In this document: positions 57,451 through 64,000 of the stretch, piece after piece
Position numbering within the stretch: the first letter of the stretch is position 1
Layout: each line of letters starts with the position of its first letter
Origin: Rubripirellula sp.
GTDB lineage: Bacteria > Planctomycetota > Planctomycetia > Pirellulales > Pirellulaceae
Assembly (NCBI GenBank): GCA_965216875.1
Contig: OZ244207.1
Span: forward strand, 5,952,001-6,016,000
Reading direction: 5' to 3'
Length of the DNA stretch: 64,000 nucleotides
Position numbers and translations under genes: made by a program
Notes under the pieces: generated by a model
Told to the model about the DNA's origin: nothing
Databases searched by the model: none
Seen by the model: only the letters and a program-made list of their open reading frames with translations

Positions 57451-58892
57451 CCATGAATAACCACCCTAGCGAAGCAGTACGACAACACTCGCGTCGTGCC
57501 TTTTTGGGCCAAGGCGGGATCGGTCTCGGATCGGTCGCGCTCGGACAATTGCTTTCGGGCAAGGCGCAAGCGAACTCGCGATCAGCCGAAACACTGGGAC
57601 TGCACCACGCGCCAAAAGCAAAGCGAGTGATTTACCTGTTTCAATCAGGTGCGCCATCGCAGATGGACCTGTTTGATTACAAACCGCTGCTCAACGAAAA
57701 GCACGGAACCGAATTGCCCGACGAAGTCCGTATGGGACAGCGACTGACAGGCATGAGTGGCAATCAATCGAGCCTTCCGATTGCCGGTTCGCCGTTCAAG
57801 TTCACCCAGCACGGCGAAAGCGGCATGTGGATGAGCGAACTGTTGCCGCACACCGCAAAGATTGCCGATGACATTTGTGTCGTGCGATCGATGTACACCG
57901 AAGCGATCAACCACGGACCGGGGGTCACCTTCTTGCAAACCGGCAGCATGTTCCCAGGCCGACCGAGCTTGGGCGCGTGGCTCGACTATGGACTTGGAAG
58001 CGAAAACGAAAACCTGCCATCGTTCGTGGTGATGGTCACGAAAAACAAAGGCGGGCAACCGCTCGTGTCTCGTTTGTGGGGCAGCGGGTTCCTGCCAAGC
58101 AAGCACCAGGGCGTTCGCTTTCGCGCCGGAAGCGACCCGGTCCTCTACTTGAGCAACCCAGACGGCATCGACGCAACAAGTCGACGTCATTCAATGGACG
58201 CGTTGAAACAGCTTCATGAGTTACAGTTGACTTCGGGCGCCGACGCCCAGATTGAAAACCGCATCGCTCAATACGAACTTGCTTTCCGAATGCAGTCGTC
58301 GATCCCGGAAGCAACCAATTTCAATGACGAGTCGCAGGCAGTCTTGGATGCATATGGACCGGATGCAAAGAACCCAGGCACGTTCGCTGCAAACTGTTTG
58401 CTCGCGCGACGCTTGGCGGAACGCGGTGTTCGTTTCATCCAGCTCTACCACCAAGGTTGGGATCACCATGGCGGTCTCCCCAAGAGCCTTCCCAACCAAT
58501 GCCGCGAGACAGATCAACCATCAGCAGCACTGGTCAATGATCTGAAACGGCTTGGACTGCTCGACGACACACTGGTGATTTGGGGCGGCGAGTTTGGACG
58601 CACCAACTATTGCCAGGGTAAACTGACGGCGAACAGTTTTGGTCGCGACCACCATCCACGCTGTTTTTCGATGTGGATGGCGGGCGGTGGCGTGAAGCCC
58701 GGCTTTGTCTATGGGGAAACCGACCCTTACTGTTACAACATCGCGAACAACGCCGTTCATGTTCACGACCTTCAGGCAACGATCCTGAATCAGCTCGGCA
58801 TCGATCACGAGCGTCTGACTTACAAGTACCAAGGACGCCAGTTCCGGTTGACTGACGTGCATGGTCACGTTGTCAAAGACATCCTGAGCTAA
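57447..58892 (+). CDS. DUF1501 family protein, Tat-exported
   Basis: SRRAFL twin-arginine signal and the same motif set as 26813..28294; ATGA overlap with the upstream gene. Confidence 0.92.
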   Translation: MTMNNHPSEAVRQHSRRAFLGQGGIGLGSVALGQLLSGKAQANSRSAETLGLHHAPKAKRVIYLFQSGAPSQMDLFDYKPLLNEKHGTELPDEVRMGQRLTGMSGNQSSLPIAGSPFKFTQHGESGMWMSELLPHTAKIADDICVVRSMYTEAINHGPGVTFLQTGSMFPGRPSLGAWLDYGLGSENENLPSFVVMVTKNKGGQPLVSRLWGSGFLPSKHQGVRFRAGSDPVLYLSNPDGIDATSRRHSMDALKQLHELQLTSGADAQIENRIAQYELAFRMQSSIPEATNFNDESQAVLDAYGPDAKNPGTFAANCLLARRLAERGVRFIQLYHQGWDHHGGLPKSLPNQCRETDQPSAALVNDLKRLGLLDDTLVIWGGEFGRTNYCQGKLTANSFGRDHHPRCFSMWMAGGGVKPGFVYGETDPYCYNIANNAVHVHDLQATILNQLGIDHERLTYKYQGRQFRLTDVHGHVVKDILS

Positions 58893-58988
58893 CCGGCCTC
58901 GGTCGTTTGCTGCTCGAAGATCCGAAGCCAACGCTGCAGATTTCGGTCGCGATTCCACTCGGCTGAATCCCTCCCAAGATTCATGCAA

Positions 58989-59063
58989 GTGAGCCGGGAC
59001 TCGCGCAAGCGGCCGGCCTTGAACGTGCGGCCAGGGCCCGAAGCCGCACGGCCAGCGGCTCAC
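58989..59063. repeat. REP-like element, family C
   Basis: gtgagccg...cggctcac terminal inverted repeat, preceded by caa as at 9456. Confidence 0.65.
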
Positions 59064-59233
59064 GGGACGGATGGCGAAGATTCCGGCTAAAGCTCGGTAC
59101 TACAAACGGATCGCGGTTTCCGGCACCCAAATGATGTGGTTGCCAGACCTCGATTGCCAGCGTCATAATGTCGGGCTACATCAAAATCGAAAGAGTCGAT
59201 GGTACCGTGTCGACCACCTAGAAAGAGCGAAGA

Positions 59234-59608
59234 ATGAGCGATTCAAAAGTCAGTGGCGTCGTCCACTTGATTGAAGAAACCAAGACTTACGGAAACAAAG
59301 GCTTCCGCAAACGCTTGGTCGTTTTAGAACAAGACAAAGGAAGCTTCACCAACTATGTTCCGATCGAATTCACACGCGACTCGTGCGATTCGGTCGACGA
59401 CATGAACCTTGGCGACGAAGTCGAAGTCACCTATCGGCTCAACGGTCGTCGCTGGCAGCGAGACCAAGCGAGCGAAGTGAAGTACTTCCTCAGCGCAGAA
59501 GCGATGTCGTTCAAAATCACCAGCAGCGGTGGCGACACGATGACCGAGCGTGTTAGCGAAGGTAACGACGCCTTTGCAGAAGCGAGCGACGACGAAGCGC
59601 CGTTCTAA
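59234..59608 (+). CDS. DUF3127 family OB-fold (PriB/SSB-like) protein
   Basis: GFRKR..VLE....Y..IEF..D......GDEV.V...L.GR.W....YF pattern and an SSB-like acidic C-terminus DDEAPF. Confidence 0.85.
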   Translation: MSDSKVSGVVHLIEETKTYGNKGFRKRLVVLEQDKGSFTNYVPIEFTRDSCDSVDDMNLGDEVEVTYRLNGRRWQRDQASEVKYFLSAEAMSFKITSSGGDTMTERVSEGNDAFAEASDDEAPF

Positions 59609-59643
59609 TCTTCATCGGCACATGCTCCGCTTGAGCTAAGTGA

Positions 59644-62418
59644 CTAGATCGTCGGCGGTCGAAAAGCGCGATCGTCGACCGGAGCTGGATCGGTTGCGTC
59701 CAATTCAGTTCGGAAACGCTCGGCGTCGATGTATCCTGGCGCCGTGTAGGGGTCGAGCGTCAAGATGTTCGCCTTATCGATCGCACTTGAATCGATCAAC
59801 TGGAACGCTTGATCGGTGGTGACCATCGCTCGAAAGGGTTGCCGTCGAACGTAACCATTGGATCGCTTCCGCGAATCCAACTTCTCCTTCAGCTCGTCCG
59901 AAAACGCGTTCCACTCCTCCCCAAACTCGTAGGCGACTCCCTCTCGGGTCAATAGCTGGTCAATCTCACGCCTACCCAAATCACAACGGTCGAGTTTGAC
60001 CCAAACGAGTGCTTGATTTTGAACGATCGCGTCCATCAACGGTTCACTGATGCTCCAACCGGACAGATCGAGTTCTTCAAGTGAGTTTAGCCTCAACAAT
60101 CGAATCAAAGCGTCGTCATCGATTTCGGCGTTTGATAGATCGAGATAGGTCAATTGCGTGAGCGAAGTCAGCGCGTCGGCAGCCTCATCGCTAAGCGTTA
60201 CACGTCGTAGCGAAAGTTCTCGCATCGACTCGATTCCGGATAGCCAATACAACGTGCCAGCCGCGATTTTCGTGTCTGCAAAGTTCGCACGATTGAGACG
60301 TCGAATACCGCGCCAATGGTCCGTTACATCGTCGTCAACCTCTGCCCCGGGAACTTCAATCGTGGTCAACTCGGTGAGTTCGCCAAGGTCTTTGAGTGCC
60401 TCTTTCGAAATGGACGGGTATGCCAAAGTAATCCGGTCGATCTTAGGGCAGTCCAACACCGCCTCCACGACGGAATCATCGATTTGCCCGCCGCCGATGG
60501 AGAACCATTCCAGATCGCGCAGCCCTTCGAGTCTTGCGCCCACCGGCCACGGTGACTCGAGCGCAAAACCTCGCACCTGGGGAGCGTCACGAATCACCAA
60601 CTGATCGGGACATTTCGCAAGGTGGAAGTACGCATTCAAGTTGGGCACTTCTTCGAGTCGCAAGTGAGCGAGCTTTTCGTACCGACTGGTTCGCAAGAAT
60701 TTGAGGTCATTCTTGACCAAGTCGAAACGCTCAAGAGCGGCGACGTTGACCGCAAGGTCGCGAAGCTGAGGAAACGCCTCAACGATCCAAGAGAGTTCAT
60801 CGCCCTCGAGCGAACAATCGGATATGGCAAGGCTGTCAAGCTGCCGCATCCCATCGAGCGACTGCAACTGCTGGAACGTGACTCCGGTATGCCCCAATCG
60901 CAGTCGGCGTAAGCGTTGATTTTTTACCAACGGCGACAGGTCGATTCCGTCAAGAGAGAGCCCCGTCAAGTCGAGTAGAACAGGCCCTGAAGACTCGCCG
61001 ATGCTGTCAATCCAACTCTGGACAGACTCCTGGTCGACGTCTTTGATGACAGCCAACCCACCACTCAAAATGAAGTAGGCCCCCAATTCGAGATGACGCA
61101 AACCAGGAAGGTTTGAGATTTTGAGTGATCGCAAATCGGCTCCAAAGCAACTGATCCGCCTCATGCTTGGAAGGTTCTTAAAGTCCGCATCAACGACCCA
61201 AGTCAATCCAGGCGCCTTGTCATCGGCACCGAGAGCGAAGAACAGCGTTTGAACATCCTCGTCAATGCGCATCAATCGAGGCGCATCGTGAATTTGAAGA
61301 GCATGTTTCTGGACGCGATTCAAACGCAACACCTCCAAGCGAGGCAAATCCTTCAAACTCAAGTCGAGCGTTTGCTCGTTCAGCTGAAGATTGAATCTCG
61401 AAACGCTCAAGCTTTTGAGCTTTGGCCATCCGTGCAAGGTCAACGAATCGGATTGGCCCGAATGCGGCCTTGGCAACCACATCTGTTCGACCGATTCCGA
61501 CCATTTCGGCTTGCCCAATTCGGCGAGTCGAATATTGGTACCGTGTACGTCAACTTCCTTCAAATATTGCAGCGAATCGAGCGCATGCAGCTGAGTGCTC
61601 GTCAAGTTGGAACCTGCAAACGCGACCCTTCGAAGCCAGTTCATCTTGGCAATCGTATCAGCCGTGTCCTGCGTGATTCGCTGGCGGTACAGGCCAATCG
61701 ATTCGAGGTGCGGTGAATCTGTAAGCGGAGCAATCGAATCTGCTTCAAAGGTCCCACTGGTGATTTCGAGCGCATCGAGTGAATCGAACCGCGCAACCTT
61801 CCGCACGAGATCATCATCGGGGGAATAGAGCTTTGCTTGGCGAACGCGCATGAAGACGTCGGCCAGCTGCTTTGGCACACGGTTAACAATCGGTTCCGGC
61901 AACCACGCGGCGACATAGCAGTTGCCATTGCGGCTGAGGCTACGAACAATCGTGAGTTGGTCGCTGCGTCGCTTCCAAAGCAAACCGTAGGCCGTTGCTG
62001 GTACCAACAGAATCAGGAACGCAACCAGCGAGTCAAATACGATCCGTGTCGAACGCCCTTGATTCGGCTTGTCGATCGTCCGGGAACGCCAAAGAGTGAA
62101 ACAATAGACGGCCAAGCAGATAACGATTGCGGCGACCACATTGACGCACAAATTGCGTGGCGACCAAAAGCGATTCTGAATTCCGGTCGCTTCGAACTCG
62201 TAGTAAATCGAGTAGCGCAGCGGCCATCCGGCCATGACGGGCATACTTTCAACATGCCGTCCAACCTCGGCGTCGCCGAAACGCTGGCCGCCAATCCATT
62301 CCCCTTCTCGCTCGACGTACTTGTAAGGCAAGTTGGCAACAAGAAGCAGAAGAACGACGGTCGCCGCGAGCACTCCCGCGGCGAAACGGTTTTTTGTGGC
62401 TGAATTGTCAGCGTGCAT
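59644..62418 (-). CDS. membrane-anchored large leucine-rich repeat protein
   Basis: Three N-terminal hydrophobic segments (GWP motif) followed by roughly 20 or more LxxLxL repeats. Confidence 0.8.
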   Translation of the reverse strand: MHADNSATKNRFAAGVLAATVVLLLLVANLPYKYVEREGEWIGGQRFGDAEVGRHVESMPVMAGWPLRYSIYYEFEATGIQNRFWSPRNLCVNVVAAIVICLAVYCFTLWRSRTIDKPNQGRSTRIVFDSLVAFLILLVPATAYGLLWKRRSDQLTIVRSLSRNGNCYVAAWLPEPIVNRVPKQLADVFMRVRQAKLYSPDDDLVRKVARFDSLDALEITSGTFEADSIAPLTDSPHLESIGLYRQRITQDTADTIAKMNWLRRVAFAGSNLTSTQLHALDSLQYLKEVDVHGTNIRLAELGKPKWSESVEQMWLPRPHSGQSDSLTLHGWPKLKSLSVSRFNLQLNEQTLDLSLKDLPRLEVLRLNRVQKHALQIHDAPRLMRIDEDVQTLFFALGADDKAPGLTWVVDADFKNLPSMRRISCFGADLRSLKISNLPGLRHLELGAYFILSGGLAVIKDVDQESVQSWIDSIGESSGPVLLDLTGLSLDGIDLSPLVKNQRLRRLRLGHTGVTFQQLQSLDGMRQLDSLAISDCSLEGDELSWIVEAFPQLRDLAVNVAALERFDLVKNDLKFLRTSRYEKLAHLRLEEVPNLNAYFHLAKCPDQLVIRDAPQVRGFALESPWPVGARLEGLRDLEWFSIGGGQIDDSVVEAVLDCPKIDRITLAYPSISKEALKDLGELTELTTIEVPGAEVDDDVTDHWRGIRRLNRANFADTKIAAGTLYWLSGIESMRELSLRRVTLSDEAADALTSLTQLTYLDLSNAEIDDDALIRLLRLNSLEELDLSGWSISEPLMDAIVQNQALVWVKLDRCDLGRREIDQLLTREGVAYEFGEEWNAFSDELKEKLDSRKRSNGYVRRQPFRAMVTTDQAFQLIDSSAIDKANILTLDPYTAPGYIDAERFRTELDATDPAPVDDRAFRPPTI

Positions 62419-62618
62419 CGCACCTTTTCGAAAGAGACTCTCTCATGACGTTGGCCAAGCTCGTAAGTCGAACGCTCGGCCAACTCAATCGTTCGGGCAA
62501 GGCTAAGATCCATCCTGATGAAACGTCGTCGCGCCCCATTCGATCGTTTCGCGCCTGCCAGTTTAAGCGTACTCGCCCGCTTTCGCCGGGAACACCATGA
62601 CCTGGCCAACATTCAACT

Positions 62619-63677
62619 TCAAAACAGATCGAGTTGTCCCGACTTGGGCTTGGGAGGTCGAAACTGGCTCGAATCAAACTCTGGCAACCGATCATCGTAC
62701 CCGAGCTTCTTCTTGAAGGTTGTGAACATTCCTCGGATTTGATCGGCAATTTCTCCGCTGCCACTCATCCGCTCGCCCCAATCCGACGTGTTCAAACCGC
62801 CACGTCGCGTCGAACGCACCCGGCTTAGAATCCGCTCAGCCTTGAGTGGTTGCGTTCGCTCAAGCCATTCGGCAAACACCTGCTGGACCGTCATCGGCAA
62901 CCGCAAAAGAACGTACCCGGCGACCGACGCGCCGGCTGACTTAGCCGCATCCAAAATCGCGGGGACTTCCGAATCGTTCAAACCTGGGATCACCGGCGCG
63001 ACCATCACTCCCACGGGCACCCCCGCTTCAGCGAGGGTTCGAATCGCGCGCAAACGCGCCTCGGGAATGCTCGTTCGAGGCTCCATCTCGGGAGCCAATT
63101 GCGGGTCGAGCGTGGTGACAGAAACATAAACGTGTGTCAGATTCTTTACCGCAAGCTGCACCAACGGCTCCAAATCCCGAACGACAAGTGCATTCTTGGT
63201 CACGATGCTCATAGGTTGGCAACATTCGAGGGCAACCTCAACGCATTGCCCCGTCAATCGATACTTTCGTTCGGCGGGCTGATAGCAGTCGGTGACGCCG
63301 GAAAACGCAATCGGGTCCCCCTTCCAGTTCTTCTTGCGCAAGAAGTCTCGGAACAGTTCGGGGGCGTCTGCTTTGACCACGATCTTGGTTTCGAAGTCCA
63401 ATCCCGCATTGAAGCCAAGATACTCGTGTGTCGGTCTCGCGTAACAGTACGAGCAGGCGTGAACGCAGCCTCGGTAGGGATTCAAGCTGTACCGAAACGG
63501 CAGGTCTGGCGACTTGTTCTCGGTGACGATCGTCTGCGTATCGTCAATGATGTATTCGATCTCACGCTGGTGACGCGTCTCGAGGTATTCGGTGTCCCAC
63601 TCAACATGCTCGAGGTCACTTTCGAGACGATGCGTTTCAAATCGATTCGGCGGATCGATGTTCGAACCATGACGCAC
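62619..63677 (-). CDS. PA0069-family radical SAM protein (SplB-related)
   Basis: NKSPDLPF.YSLNPYRGCVHACSYCYARPTHEYLG..AGLDFETKI (CxxxCxxC), SGVTDCYQP.E and a QLDLF C-terminus; GTG start. Confidence 0.9.
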   Translation of the reverse strand: MRHGSNIDPPNRFETHRLESDLEHVEWDTEYLETRHQREIEYIIDDTQTIVTENKSPDLPFRYSLNPYRGCVHACSYCYARPTHEYLGFNAGLDFETKIVVKADAPELFRDFLRKKNWKGDPIAFSGVTDCYQPAERKYRLTGQCVEVALECCQPMSIVTKNALVVRDLEPLVQLAVKNLTHVYVSVTTLDPQLAPEMEPRTSIPEARLRAIRTLAEAGVPVGVMVAPVIPGLNDSEVPAILDAAKSAGASVAGYVLLRLPMTVQQVFAEWLERTQPLKAERILSRVRSTRRGGLNTSDWGERMSGSGEIADQIRGMFTTFKKKLGYDDRLPEFDSSQFRPPKPKSGQLDLF

Positions 63678-63788
63678 GACAGTTGTCCTTACTCCCAGCA
63701 GAGAACGAGCCCGCGGTCATTGTATCGCTGACTTGAAATCGGCAACCGTATCCTTTGCCTTCCCGATACTCCTCGACCCAAAAACGCA

Positions 63789-64000
63789 ATGAACACCGCA
63801 AGCTTTACGATGTCCGAAATTCTTGAGCAACAACAGGACTCTCACAGCCATTGGCTCGAGTTCCTCAGGACCTCAAACCTTTCGATGGGCGTCTACCGAA
63901 TCCCCAAAGGCACCAATGACCGCGATACGCATACCCCGCACGACGAGGACGAGGTCTATTTGACAACCTCTGGGAAAGGCAAACTCACAGCCGATGGCCA
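63789..64000 (+). CDS. cupin domain protein (runs off the right edge)
   Basis: Manual translation MNTASF...WLEFLRTSNLSMGVYRIPKG..D..HTPHDEDEVYL..SGKG contains cupin motif 1 (H-x3-E). Confidence 0.8.
   Translation, partial: MNTASFTMSEILEQQQDSHSHWLEFLRTSNLSMGVYRIPKGTNDRDTHTPHDEDEVYLTTSGKGKLTADG

Noticed and set aside
59071..59274. 67-aa ORF upstream of DUF3127
   Set aside because: No RBS or motif, and it overlaps the next gene out of frame.

Overview
64-kb chromosomal window of a Planctomycete, most likely Pirellulaceae (Rhodopirellula/Stieleria-like). The assignment rests on two DUF1549/DUF1553 cytochrome-c + DUF1501 pairs, a Rhodopirellula/Verrucomicrobium-type ECF sigma, a planctomycete extracellular signal motif, a sulfatase and GYF/zinc-ribbon/LRR proteins. 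About 40 CDS, one CAT-anticodon tRNA and at least five families of REP-like palindromic repeats are visible. No rRNA, CRISPR, IS transposase or integrase was seen. Family names come from motif recognition by eye, not database searches. Best leads: (1) a troABCD-type Mn/Zn/Fe ABC operon in which BOTH permeases end in DtxR-like repressor domains, with a DtxR-box-like palindrome inside its TTGACA-16-TACACT promoter; (2) an ECF sigma/FecR-LamG anti-sigma pair divergent from a dihaem DUF1549/1553-DUF1501-CBM operon, with two matching back-to-back promoter-like motifs (20/25 identity), suggesting a glycan-induced periplasmic system of unknown chemistry, with a second paralogous module at 49-59 kb; (3) a 1395-bp integrase-less islet with an AT-rich promoter end carrying a divergent DeoR-sensor-like gene, bounded by a 19/20-bp direct repeat of a gene's 3' end; (4) a translationally coupled SWIM-zinc-finger + DUF6493-like pair of unknown function; (5) mosaic REP elements.
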